Source: Candidatus Moraniibacteriota bacterium
GTDB lineage: Bacteria > Patescibacteriota > Minisyncoccia > Moranbacterales > DUUL01
DNA length: 64,000 nt
Reading direction: 5' to 3'
Assembly (NCBI GenBank): GCA_027008775.1
Contig: JALVDV010000004.1
Span: 24,544 to 88,543, forward strand
Shown piece by piece: positions 37,826 through 47,123 of the stretch (positions are counted from its first letter, which is position 1; each line of letters begins with the position of its first letter). Under the pieces are notes generated by a model. That model did not search any database. It was not told the origin of the DNA and worked only from the letters and a program-made list of their open reading frames with translations. A program made the translations under genes and the position numbers.

Positions 37826-38311
37826 TTATCTTTGCATGGCTATTTGAATGGCTTGTTTTTCCTCCTCAGTTAAAGGAAATTCTTTGGGAGATTGGCCGTT
37901 TTGAATTGTTTTGGCATAGAGTCGGGAGTTATCGCTGGAGTAGAGGGAGGAGATGACCAGGCCGTTGTTGTAGTCATTTAAAAAGGCAATGGAGAAGCTT
38001 TGGTTGCCACCCAGGTTTTTAAAGGGATTAAATCTGATCATACCCACTTTGCTGAGTCCAACTTTGGCCAGTTGGTCCAGTTGGTTATGCAATTCAAAAA
38101 GCCTTTTGACTTTTTTGGTAAGAAGGGCGATTTCTTTTTCTTCTTGCAGGATAATTTCTTCCAAGTCTTTAGCTTTTTTGCCACGGAAGAGTTCGCTTTG
38201 TTTCTTTTTGACTTTTGTTAAGGAGATCTGCAAAAGAATTAACCAAAGAAACAAAAGGAGGTTTGTTCCCAGAGAAAGATAAATCAAGTTATTGCTGGAA
38301 AGGATGTTCAT
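37826..38311 (-). CDS. hypothetical membrane-anchored protein (DUF4446-like)
   Basis: N-terminal TM, coiled-coil middle, conserved-looking C-terminus; ORF only. Confidence 0.4.
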   Translation of the reverse strand: MNILSSNNLIYLSLGTNLLLFLWLILLQISLTKVKKKQSELFRGKKAKDLEEIILQEEKEIALLTKKVKRLFELHNQLDQLAKVGLSKVGMIRFNPFKNLGGNQSFSIAFLNDYNNGLVISSLYSSDNSRLYAKTIQNGQSPKEFPLTEEEKQAIQIAMQR

Positions 38312-38370
38312 ATTTTCGTTTTTTACTTTTTAGGTTTTAAGTTTACTTTTTCCGGTTTGCTTGTGGTGGA

Positions 38371-38895
38371 TTAATCCAATAGATTATTGTCTTTTAATTT
38401 TTTGATAATTTGTTTTAACAGACGTCGCTTGCCTTTTTGTTTGGTTGAGTTGGCTATCTTTAGAGCTTGTCGGTAGTCGGCCCAATGATAGCCGGCAAAT
38501 TCTCGTGGTTGAGGCAGGTGGCCAGTGGCGCTGGGAATAACAATGAAAAAATATTTCTTGCCAAGCATAAAAATTTTTCGTCCAGAGTCGGTTTGTAGGG
38601 GACGTGTTCCTTGTGTTTGTTGGGGAAATATTATTTTGTCAGCGCCGATTATTTTCATTCTATCAATTTGTAAGTTTTTTGCAAAATCTTTACCCAGTTC
38701 CTCTGTCATTTCTCGGCGAACGGTTTGCCGGATATTTTCTTGATTATCTATACCTCCCTGGGGCAGTTGCCAGAGTTGAAACTTTGGTTGATAAACGAAA
38801 AGCAGTTTACGTTGGTGTAAAATACAAGCCACTATTTGAGGGCGGAGTTGTTTTTTTCTGATGTCGTCAATTTCTTTAAGAGTCGGTTCTTTCAT
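38371..38895 (-). CDS. NUDIX hydrolase (RppH-like)
   Basis: 'GGIDNQENIRQTVRREMTEELG' Nudix box. Confidence 0.75.
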   Translation of the reverse strand: MKEPTLKEIDDIRKKQLRPQIVACILHQRKLLFVYQPKFQLWQLPQGGIDNQENIRQTVRREMTEELGKDFAKNLQIDRMKIIGADKIIFPQQTQGTRPLQTDSGRKIFMLGKKYFFIVIPSATGHLPQPREFAGYHWADYRQALKIANSTKQKGKRRLLKQIIKKLKDNNLLD

Positions 38896-38899
38896 TGTT

Positions 38900-39835
38900 T
38901 TAATTTTTCTTGTTTTCTTCTTTTTCTTTCCTGTGTCCGTGAAATTTCTGATGGACTTTTTTTAGGTTGGCGTCGGTGACGTGGGTATAGATTTGCGTAG
39001 TGTTGATAGAACTGTGGCCGAGGAGAGCTTGAACACTGCGAATGTCAGCGCCATTTTGCAAAAGATTGGTGGCGAAACTGTGACGAAGAACATGAGGTGT
39101 TACTTTTTTAATAATTCCGGCGCGCAAAGCGCATTTCTTGATTATTCTTTGCACGCTGCGGACGGAGAGACGCAGATCGTTTTTTTTGTTTTTTTGTCGG
39201 CCGAGGCGAATGAAGAGAGCCAGGTCGGTGTCGGTGCGTTTGCGCAGGTAACGTTCCAGACTGTCACGGGCGGAGTCGGAAATGAAAACTATTCTGACTT
39301 TGTTACCCTTGCCTTTGACGGAAAACTCTTGTTTTTCCAGGTTGAGGGAGTCGCGATTAAGAGCGATGAGTTCGGAAATTCTTAAGCCGGCGGAAAAAAG
39401 AAGTTTTAAAATAGCTTGATCACGCAATCGTTGCAAAGAATTTCCCGAACAGGCTTTTAATAATTCTTCAATTTCTTTGAGTTCTAAGAAATCAACCTTT
39501 CTTTGCTCGGCTTTTCCCAATTCCACTTTGTCGGCGGAAAGAGTCTTGAAATTGTGACGAGCCAGAAATTTCAGAAACCCTCTGATAGCAATGGCATAGT
39601 AGTTTTGGGTGGTTCGGCTGAGGTTTTTTTCTTTGATCTTTTTTTGGCTGAGATGGACTCTGAACTTGTGGACGATGTCTTCGTTTATCTCGTTGACTTT
39701 TTTAATTTTGCTGAAACGAATAAATTCCTTGAGATAACGACGGTAATTTTCCACCGTTTTGGGAGAACGTTGTCTATCTACCAGAAGATACTCCAGATAG
39801 TTATTTATTTGTTTTTTAATTTCATTGTTTGCCAT
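38900..39835 (-). CDS. xerC: Xer-type tyrosine site-specific recombinase
   Basis: C-terminal catalytic 'LRHSFATNLLQNGADIRSVQALLGHSSINTTQIYTHV' (R..HxxR..Y); N-terminal SAM-like core-binding domain. Confidence 0.9.
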   Translation of the reverse strand: MANNEIKKQINNYLEYLLVDRQRSPKTVENYRRYLKEFIRFSKIKKVNEINEDIVHKFRVHLSQKKIKEKNLSRTTQNYYAIAIRGFLKFLARHNFKTLSADKVELGKAEQRKVDFLELKEIEELLKACSGNSLQRLRDQAILKLLFSAGLRISELIALNRDSLNLEKQEFSVKGKGNKVRIVFISDSARDSLERYLRKRTDTDLALFIRLGRQKNKKNDLRLSVRSVQRIIKKCALRAGIIKKVTPHVLRHSFATNLLQNGADIRSVQALLGHSSINTTQIYTHVTDANLKKVHQKFHGHRKEKEENKKN

Positions 39836-40047
39836 TGATTTATTTTTTGAAAAATCGGTTTTATTTCAGTCGGAAGAAGTGTTTTTGGGCAAGATGAGAC
39901 TTCTTGGTTGTTTGTTGTAAATGATAGCTTATTGGTGGCATTTGACAAGTTTTCTGATTTTGTTTTGGAGTATTTTTTGAGAAGCTGAGAGGGAAAACGG
40001 TCTGCTTTTATCAGGTTTGGCGACAAGCGAAAGTTTAGCAGTAATAT

Positions 40048-40158
40048 ATTATAATATTATCAATAATTTCATAATGTAGCAGAGAAGGTTATTATGATAT
40101 TATTGATAATATCATAATGGTAAAAAGGGTGTCGTGATGCTATTGATAATATCATAAT
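40048..40158. repeat. array of three 28-bp palindromic elements at 40-43-bp spacing: degenerate copy (40048-40075), perfect ATTATGATATT-ATTGAT-AATATCATAAT (40091-40118), half-degenerate copy (40131-40158). Dif-like 11+6+11 architecture.
   Basis: Read directly. The same perfect 28-mer recurs at 60016-60043, with a degenerate partner at 60061-60088. Confidence 0.8.
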
Positions 40159-40782
40159 ATAGTATATCCCAATGTGTGTTTCGGCATGGAGGGAGATGGT
40201 CGTGAAAGTATAAAGGTAAAAGCGGGGCCGGGAGTAAGAACAAAATAAAGTGAAAGCGATAACAAGAATAATAAGGAGAAGAGGAAAAAACTTGAATGAA
40301 AATAACAAGGGGGAGCAAGATGTTCAAATAGCTATATTTTGAAGATTGGAAAATTTTTTAGCAGGGTGATAGATATAGACAAATTAACAGATTTAGAAAT
40401 ACTGGAAATTGAGGATAAATTAGACAACCGACCAGGAAATAATAATGATTGTTTGAGTTCCGGTAAAGCTATGGCTGTAGGACTAAAAAAGAGGCTTTTT
40501 GCTTCTGAATTTGGAATTTAATGTATTCTATTGACAGGAATTCTATTTTTAATATACTGTTTCTGCTGCGATTGTTGTGATTTAAAAGTGGATAATTGGT
40601 TTAAAAAGGTTGGAAATTGATGGAAATTTAAGGGAAGGAATGTTGTTGGGAATGTTTCCTATAGATTTTCAACTGCTAAAGGATTAAATTCCATTAAACT
40701 TTTTAAATTTAAGGAGGAAAATCTAGTAGATGAAGGGAAAAAGCCGAAGAAAAGGGTAATACGGCCAGCGAAGAGTTTTTAT

Positions 40783-41991
40783 TTGTTTGCTAGTCGGTTG
40801 GGCGGACTGATGAGAAATTTGGGAAGCGGTCTAAAAGTGTTCTGGCGGAGAGTGTTGTTTTATTTTAAAGGAGTAGCTAGAAAATTGGTTAATTCCGATT
40901 ACTGGCCGTCTTTGACTGACTTTTTTAGAGAATTTTCAACTTTTAGCACGGTGGTTTTAATTGCCGGCTTGATTATAATCGGTAATTTAAGCCAGCGAGA
41001 GAGTGGAGATTTTTCCTTTGGTTTTAAAAAGGAAAAACGAAAGAGTCTGGAAGAAAAAGTTCAGGAGCGAGTAAAAAATTATTCTTATGGTGGCTCCGGT
41101 TTGACCAGCGCTCCTTTGGCTATAGCTTCTTCGGCGAAGGATATTCAGAAAAGAACTTTACAGGGAGAAAAATTAAAACAGAATGAGATTCAATATCAAG
41201 TCTTAACTGCTACCGAACCGAACGCAGAGGAACTGTTGAAAAGCGGGTCGGATGTGGCTGTTTACGAGGTGAAAGAGGGTGATACGGTCAGTGAAATTGC
41301 CAAGAAATTCGGAATCACGGTAAATACCATTTTGTGGGCAAATGATATCAGTGACGTTTCTAAGATTAAGCCGGGGGACAAGATTTTTATTTTGCCGGTA
41401 ACCGGAGTAAAACACAAGGTAGCGGCTTCCGACACTATTGAGAAGATAGCCAAACGGTATAAGGCCGATCCGCAAAAGATTATCGCTTTTAACGGATTGC
41501 CAGCAGATGGAAAATTAAAAGTTGGCGAGGAAATTATTATTCCGGATGGGCAGAAAACCACTACTCGTCGTTTGACGCCAGAGACGGTCTTACGCAGAAG
41601 GAGTTACTATGCTTTGGACAACTCTTCTGTGGGTAAGAGCACCAAAAGAAAACCTTCAATTATTGACAGGAGTCCTCATTCCAAAGGGCGACATAGATTT
41701 CCTTACGGACAGTGTACTTGGTATGTAGCTCAGCATAAGTATGTTCCTTGGGGCGGTAATGCCGGTACATGGTTGTATCACGCTCGGGCCTACGGAGCCA
41801 AAACCGGTAAAACCCCAAAAGTGGGAGCTATTGTAGTGACGTCGGAAAGTTGGTATGGGCACGTGGCTATTGTGACAAAAGTTACTAGAAAGACTATTCG
41901 GGTGAAGGAGATGAATTACAAGGGCTGGGCCAAGGTGAGTAGCAGAACGATTCCAAGAAACAGCCGGGTTATTAAGGGTTATATTTATTAG
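40783..41991 (+). CDS. membrane-anchored peptidoglycan hydrolase: two LysM domains plus C-terminal CHAP domain
   Basis: LysM 'VKEGDTVSEIAKKFGITVNTILWANDI' (x2); CHAP 'GQCTWYVAQHKY...GHVAIVTKV'. TTG start. Confidence 0.8.
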   Translation: MFASRLGGLMRNLGSGLKVFWRRVLFYFKGVARKLVNSDYWPSLTDFFREFSTFSTVVLIAGLIIIGNLSQRESGDFSFGFKKEKRKSLEEKVQERVKNYSYGGSGLTSAPLAIASSAKDIQKRTLQGEKLKQNEIQYQVLTATEPNAEELLKSGSDVAVYEVKEGDTVSEIAKKFGITVNTILWANDISDVSKIKPGDKIFILPVTGVKHKVAASDTIEKIAKRYKADPQKIIAFNGLPADGKLKVGEEIIIPDGQKTTTRRLTPETVLRRRSYYALDNSSVGKSTKRKPSIIDRSPHSKGRHRFPYGQCTWYVAQHKYVPWGGNAGTWLYHARAYGAKTGKTPKVGAIVVTSESWYGHVAIVTKVTRKTIRVKEMNYKGWAKVSSRTIPRNSRVIKGYIY

Positions 41992-42017
41992 TTGGTTTTA
42001 GATGGCTGTATTTGTTG

Positions 42018-42060
42018 GGGCCCAACCTTCGCCGGCCGGCGAAGGTTGGGCCCTTTCATT
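42018..42060 (+). terminator. terminator: 18-bp-arm perfect palindrome GGGCCCAACCTTCGCCGG|CCGGCGAAGGTTGGGCCC followed by TTTCATTTT
   Basis: Read directly. Confidence 0.8.
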
Positions 42061-42196
42061 TTGTTTTTGATTTGGAGGAGGGGTCTATTTGCTGTATAAT
42101 ATTGAGGTGTTATTGGGATATTTAAAATTTTAGTTGTTTACTCCAGAGGTGCTTGCTTACAGGTGATTTATCTTTTGTTTTAGGTCACTGTTTTAC

Positions 42197-43828
42197 TTGG
42201 ATGAAGCATGTAAGAATGAGTGTGGGGAAACAAAAATAAAAGTGGAAAAAATGGGAAATAATAAAACCGCGCGTTTGATTAAAGAAACGGTAAAAGACAA
42301 AGTGCGAGAGCAGATTTATTCGCAGTGGTTGTTGCTAAGGAAAAAGTTGCTAGCAATTTTTCTTTTTTTAGCTCTCTTGTCGCTGGGAATTATTTGGTGG
42401 ATTGGCCCGGAATCTTTTTTGTTAACTCAGCTAATTGGCAGTGGTTACGAACGTGTAACCAAGCCAACCATGGATTTTATGAAAGAGAAAGGGTGTGTTT
42501 ATGATGGTTTGTTGACGCCGAGATATAATACCAATTTATCGGTGAGCGCGGAATTGGTAAGAAATACCGGCTGCCGTTACATTCATCGTGCTGTGGAAAC
42601 TTGGAACATTCCGCCGGATTTTGCTGAAATAAAAAGGCGAATGGATTTTATTAATCGGCGGGCGGGTAAAAAAATTCGTTACGGAATGTTTTTGGCCGAA
42701 TCTGTTGATACAAATAGAAGTTATTATGATCCTTATTCCAAAAGGCGCTTTTATTTTGCCAAGATGTGTTTGTCGGGAAGTCAGGGAGTTTGGGGTGAAG
42801 GAACTTGCAAGCCATCTTTTGCGCAAAAGGAATACAGAGACTATTTGCGGGCGGTGACTAGACGGGCTATTGATTTGGGGATTGAAGATTTTACTTTCGG
42901 GCAGATTTACTATCAGGATCCGACTTGGCGCAGATCCAGCGCTTTGGCCAGGAGTATCATCGCAGAAATCAAAAGGTATGGGAAATTCAAAGGTAAAGAT
43001 ATCTCGGTGGGGGCGCAAACCAATGATATTGACAGAGAGGAGTATTTGCGCAGTTTTGATTACATTACCGGTGGTATTGGTCAGGATTTGCGAGGCAACA
43101 TTCAAAAGGAGGGAGGTTGTTGGAACTATTATTTGAAAAGAAACGGTTATTGTTGGGCGATGTTGTGGGATAAAAAATATTTTGAACGCTCCAATGATGT
43201 TTTGGTTTATCTGGATTGGAACAATAGTTTTAGTGACGATATCCATCGTTTTACCAGGATGGACAGGCAGAAACGGGCCAAGTTTTTGGGGCGAGCTTAC
43301 GATTTTTTTCTTTGGCGGAAAGTCGGTTTTCTTAGCCCTTTAGGAGAGGTTTTGGGCAATGTTCCGGCCGGCTGTTACGGTCCAACCCCGGAATTTTATT
43401 CGGCCAGCAATCGTTATTCTTGTAGGGATGAAGATGCCATTAAGAATATTTTGTCCGGGGGAAATTTATTGCCGGGACATAGCCGATTTTTGGGACAACA
43501 GGTACCTTTATTGATGAGAGTCGGGGAAAAATATCAAGTGAGAATAAGAATGCAAAATACCGGCTACGGTATTTGGAAAAGGGGAAATGGTTACAGATTG
43601 AGAGATAGAAATTTGCTAAACTCTCCTTCAGCACATTGGGGAAGGGAAGAAGTTTTATTGAGTGAAAATGATGCAATCAAACATAATCAATTCAAAGATT
43701 TTGTTTTTACGGTGAAAGCACCGGAGGTGGCAGGCGATTATGTTTTTGTTTGGCAAATGTTTTCGGACAGTGATGGCTTTTTTGGCGCTCCGAGTGACAC
43801 CCTAACTATCAGGGTGGTGAATAAATAG
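42197..43828 (+). CDS. hypothetical membrane-anchored exported protein with a C-terminal Ig-like (NBR1-like) beta-sandwich
   Basis: TM at residues about 50-70; C-terminus 'YQVRIRMQNTGYGIWKRGNGYRL...GDYVFVWQMFSDSDGFFGAPSDTLTIRV'. Confidence 0.4.
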   Translation: MDEACKNECGETKIKVEKMGNNKTARLIKETVKDKVREQIYSQWLLLRKKLLAIFLFLALLSLGIIWWIGPESFLLTQLIGSGYERVTKPTMDFMKEKGCVYDGLLTPRYNTNLSVSAELVRNTGCRYIHRAVETWNIPPDFAEIKRRMDFINRRAGKKIRYGMFLAESVDTNRSYYDPYSKRRFYFAKMCLSGSQGVWGEGTCKPSFAQKEYRDYLRAVTRRAIDLGIEDFTFGQIYYQDPTWRRSSALARSIIAEIKRYGKFKGKDISVGAQTNDIDREEYLRSFDYITGGIGQDLRGNIQKEGGCWNYYLKRNGYCWAMLWDKKYFERSNDVLVYLDWNNSFSDDIHRFTRMDRQKRAKFLGRAYDFFLWRKVGFLSPLGEVLGNVPAGCYGPTPEFYSASNRYSCRDEDAIKNILSGGNLLPGHSRFLGQQVPLLMRVGEKYQVRIRMQNTGYGIWKRGNGYRLRDRNLLNSPSAHWGREEVLLSENDAIKHNQFKDFVFTVKAPEVAGDYVFVWQMFSDSDGFFGAPSDTLTIRVVNK

Positions 43829-43924
43829 AAAGACTTGGCTATAACCAAGTTACAATCTTTGAGCAAAATCTAACAACGGAAATTTTTTGTTTTTTTCCGT
43901 TATTTTATTTTTTTAGTCGGTTTT

Positions 43925-45454
43925 TTAGATTTCTTCTTTGAAGCGGTATTGAATGGCTTCAGCCAGGTGTTTGGTTTGGATGTCTTGGCTGTTGTCCAAG
44001 TCGGCGATGGTACGGGCGACTTTGAGAAGGCGGTGATAAGCGCGAGGGGAGAGATTGAATTGCTTGATAGCTTGTTTAAGAAGATTTTTGCCGGTGTTGT
44101 CAATTTGACAATGTTTTTCTATTTGTTGGCTGGACATTTCCGAGTTGGTAATTTCCTTTTTGTCTCGGAACCGGTTGGCTTGAATTTGGCGGGCTTTGAC
44201 TACTCGTTTTTTGATGTCAGCGCTTTTTTCTGCCGGTTGCCGGGAAGAGAGTTTTTCAAATTTTAGACGGGGAACTTCAATGTGTAAATCTATCCTGTCC
44301 ATAATCGGTCCGGAAAGTTTTTGACGGTAGCGACTGAGTTGGTGGGGAGTGCAGGTGCAGGCTTTTTCCGGATCACCGGCGTGGCCACAGGGACAAGGAT
44401 TCATGGCAGCGACCAGGATAAAGTTGGCCGGAAATTTGACACTACCGGTGGCACGAGAAATAAAGACCTCGCCTTCTTCCAAGGGTTGGCGAAGATTTTC
44501 TATAACTTCGCGAGAGAATTCGGGGAATTCATCCAAGAATAGAATGCCGCGATTGGCCAGAGAAATTTCTCCGGGACGAGGAAAACTTCCACCGCCAACC
44601 AAGGAGACGGCTGAAGCGCTGTGATGAGGAGAGCGAAAGGGCGGTTGAGTGATGACCGGATTTTTACTGTCAGTTAAACCGACAATGGAATAAAGTTTGG
44701 TGACTTCAAAAATTTCCTTGGTGGTTAAAGTGGGCATAATGGAAGGCAGGGCTTTAGCCAACATGGTCTTTCCACTCCCGGGTGGTCCGCTCAAAAGCAC
44801 GTTGTGCCCACCGGCGATGGCAATTTCCAGGGCTCGTTTGGCGTGTTCTTGGCCTTTGATGTGGGCAAAATCGTGCTCGTGTTTGTCTGGTCGGATGTTT
44901 TCCAGGAAGTTTGCTTGTTTAGAAAGAGGTTTAATTGGTTTAATTCCTTGAAGGTGTTCTACAATTTCTTGTAGGGTTTTAACGGGATAGACGGTAATTT
45001 TTTCGGCGATGTTGGCTTCTTGGGCCACTTCCGCCGGCAGAAATATTTTTTTAAATCCTTTTTCCTGGACAGAGAGGGCGATGGGTAGAGCGCCTTTTAT
45101 TTTACGCAAGCGTCCGTCCAGAGCCAATTCTCCCAGAAAAATAGAATCTTCCGGCAAGCTGTTTATTTGCTTGGAAACTTTGAGAATTCCCAAAGCAATA
45201 GGGAGATCAAAAGAGGGTCCTTCTTTTTTGAGACTGGCCGGCGCCAGGTTGACAGTAATCCGACCAAAGAAGTGGGGCGGGTCATAGCCGGAATTTTTAA
45301 TGGCGCTGGAAACTCTTTCTTTCGCTTCTTTGACAGCAGTATCCGGCAGGCCAACGGTAGTGAAGACCGCCTGGCCGGGAAAAGTGTCCACTTCTATTTC
45401 AATGATTTTTCCCTCCATTCCGTAGGTGGTTGCGGAAAAGATTTTTGAAGCCAC
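43925..45454 (-). CDS. comM: Mg-chelatase-like AAA+ ATPase YifB/ComM
   Basis: 'GGHNVLLSGPPGSGKTMLAKALPSIMP'; Lon-like N-terminal domain. Confidence 0.9.
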   Translation of the reverse strand: MASKIFSATTYGMEGKIIEIEVDTFPGQAVFTTVGLPDTAVKEAKERVSSAIKNSGYDPPHFFGRITVNLAPASLKKEGPSFDLPIALGILKVSKQINSLPEDSIFLGELALDGRLRKIKGALPIALSVQEKGFKKIFLPAEVAQEANIAEKITVYPVKTLQEIVEHLQGIKPIKPLSKQANFLENIRPDKHEHDFAHIKGQEHAKRALEIAIAGGHNVLLSGPPGSGKTMLAKALPSIMPTLTTKEIFEVTKLYSIVGLTDSKNPVITQPPFRSPHHSASAVSLVGGGSFPRPGEISLANRGILFLDEFPEFSREVIENLRQPLEEGEVFISRATGSVKFPANFILVAAMNPCPCGHAGDPEKACTCTPHQLSRYRQKLSGPIMDRIDLHIEVPRLKFEKLSSRQPAEKSADIKKRVVKARQIQANRFRDKKEITNSEMSSQQIEKHCQIDNTGKNLLKQAIKQFNLSPRAYHRLLKVARTIADLDNSQDIQTKHLAEAIQYRFKEEI

Positions 45455-45694
45455 TTGTTATGTTTTTAATGATTGGTGTCCTGTTTTACTAAGGAAGTGA
45501 AAGCATAAAAGCATTCGAATCCCAGGCGTTTGATTCTAATCCAAGAATGATTAAAAAGCAAGTTTTGGAAAGAATAGAAGTTATACTATTGTTGAATAGA
45601 GTTTATCAAGTAATAGTTATTGCAATAGGACAGCTAATCTGTTTCACTGATAGCTATAACTTTTAAATCAATATTTCTTGTCTATCAACTCAGC

Positions 45695-45727
45695 AAAAAC
45701 CCCGCGCTTGGAAAGGCGGGGTTTTTT
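45695..45727. terminator. bidirectional terminator AAAAA-CCCCGC-loop-GCGGGG-TTTTTT
   Basis: Read directly; 3' of the minus-strand S74 gene. Confidence 0.75.
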
Positions 45728-45746
45728 GCTGTTGCGACTTTTGGAG

Positions 45747-46604
45747 TTAGTTGTTCTGTAAATTTTTGATGATCGTTCTTAGTTCGTTTATCTGTTTTTG
45801 CTGGTTGTCTATTTGTTTTTGTTGACTTTCTATCATCTTTTGTTGCTCTTTAATAGCTTCTATAAAAACGCCGGAAAAACCATCGTAGTCAACCATCTTG
45901 TAACCGTTTGGTCCTTGGCTGACTAGGGTGGGAAAGCTTTTTTCAATTTCTTGGGCAATTACACCAATACCTGGCTTGTCATTGTCTTTTAATTTGTATT
46001 CTACTCCTCTGATGTTGATTAGGCGTGTCAAGGCATTTTTGACTGTTTTAATATCTTTTTTTAATCTTTTATCTGACGCTCTTCTGAAACCGGCTGCCCA
46101 AACATTGGTAAACCTACCTTTCCCTCTTCCCACTATTAAACTGGCATCTCTACCTCTGGAACCATCTACCCTAATTCCAACAGATCCGGCAAAACTGGGG
46201 GCATCTGGTGAAGACCCAAAGGCGTATATCCAAGGGCCACGTCGATTATCTACTCTCCTGTAGTCACTTCTGCTATAAACTGTTCCGATATCCATCGTGT
46301 AGTTTGCGTGAACCCCTTCCGCTACCGTTAAAATACCTCTGTCAACTATGCCGTAATTAACTATTAATCCTACCGGGAAACCATGATTTGCATTAAGCAA
46401 CAAAGCTCCGCCCTTTCTTTGTAAACTATTGCTAGTATTAAGGGGTGCCCCCAGGTTACTGCCGGGAGGGTTGGATGGTGGATTGGTCCAAGCTGCTTGA
46501 GCTGAGTTTACTGACACAGTTACCGCTGAGACGGCTACTGCTATTAATGTCATTAATGCCCAGTAGATAGTGTGATTAGTTGTTGATTCCTTTTTGTTTT
46601 TCAT
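45747..46604 (-). CDS. secreted phage-tail-fibre-like protein with a C-terminal peptidase-S74 intramolecular chaperone domain
   Basis: Signal peptide; 'ASDKRLKKDIKTVKNALTRLINIRGVEYKLKDNDKPGIGVIAQEIEKSFPTLV...GYKMVDYDGFSGVFIEAIKEQQKMI' matches the endosialidase/tail-spike chaperone domain (SD[KR]RLK...GVIAQE...). Confidence 0.6.
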   Translation of the reverse strand: MKNKKESTTNHTIYWALMTLIAVAVSAVTVSVNSAQAAWTNPPSNPPGSNLGAPLNTSNSLQRKGGALLLNANHGFPVGLIVNYGIVDRGILTVAEGVHANYTMDIGTVYSRSDYRRVDNRRGPWIYAFGSSPDAPSFAGSVGIRVDGSRGRDASLIVGRGKGRFTNVWAAGFRRASDKRLKKDIKTVKNALTRLINIRGVEYKLKDNDKPGIGVIAQEIEKSFPTLVSQGPNGYKMVDYDGFSGVFIEAIKEQQKMIESQQKQIDNQQKQINELRTIIKNLQNN

Positions 46605-46641
46605 ACTTTTTTGCTTTATTATTTTTTATTATTTTGAAAAA

Positions 46642-47058
46642 TTAATAGTTGTACCGATCACTGGATTTTATTTCCTCTATTATTTTCTTTAATTCTTCGC
46701 CAGACAAATTGTCGCCCTGATTGTAGTTATATTTTTTACTAGACCTTATTTCCTCTATTATTTTACGTACCTCTTCGTCGGACAAATTATTTCCTTGGTT
46801 GTAATTATATTTTTTATCAGATTTTATTTCTTCTATTATTTTATCCAATTCTTTGCCAGATAGTATATCAGAGTTCCCTGTTTTTTGTGTCGTTTTTTTA
46901 AGATGAAAATATTCATTAAAAATATCCAGGCTACCGTATTTGATTGTTAGCGCTAAGGCCGTTAGGCTGGCTATAAGTATTATTCCGGCAACGATTAGTA
47001 ATACTTTTTTCTTTTTTCCGGAGAAGAATTTTTTGTGATTAATATTCTGTTGTTCCAT
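46642..47058 (-). CDS. membrane-anchored small protein with three tandem 23-aa repeats (LS.EE..KIIEEI.S...YNYNQG)
   Basis: Repeats visible at both protein and DNA level (about 69-bp units, 46660-46870). Confidence 0.5.
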   Translation of the reverse strand: MEQQNINHKKFFSGKKKKVLLIVAGIILIASLTALALTIKYGSLDIFNEYFHLKKTTQKTGNSDILSGKELDKIIEEIKSDKKYNYNQGNNLSDEEVRKIIEEIRSSKKYNYNQGDNLSGEELKKIIEEIKSSDRYNY

Positions 47059-47123
47059 ACTATTTTGTTCTATGTTTATTTATACTAGACTTTTAAATAT
47101 TTTACTAGCGACAACCTATTTTT

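Noticed and set aside
39836-40782. Replication origin (oriC) in the 0.95-kb AT-rich intergenic region
   Set aside because: Only a single near-consensus DnaA box (aGTGGATAA, about 40590) and no cluster of boxes or adjacent dnaA/dnaN; the palindromes fit a dif-like / terminus interpretation better.
45500-45530. 'GCATTCGAATCCCAGGCG' T-loop-like motif as a possible tRNA
   Set aside because: No acceptor or anticodon stems can be formed from the flanking sequence.
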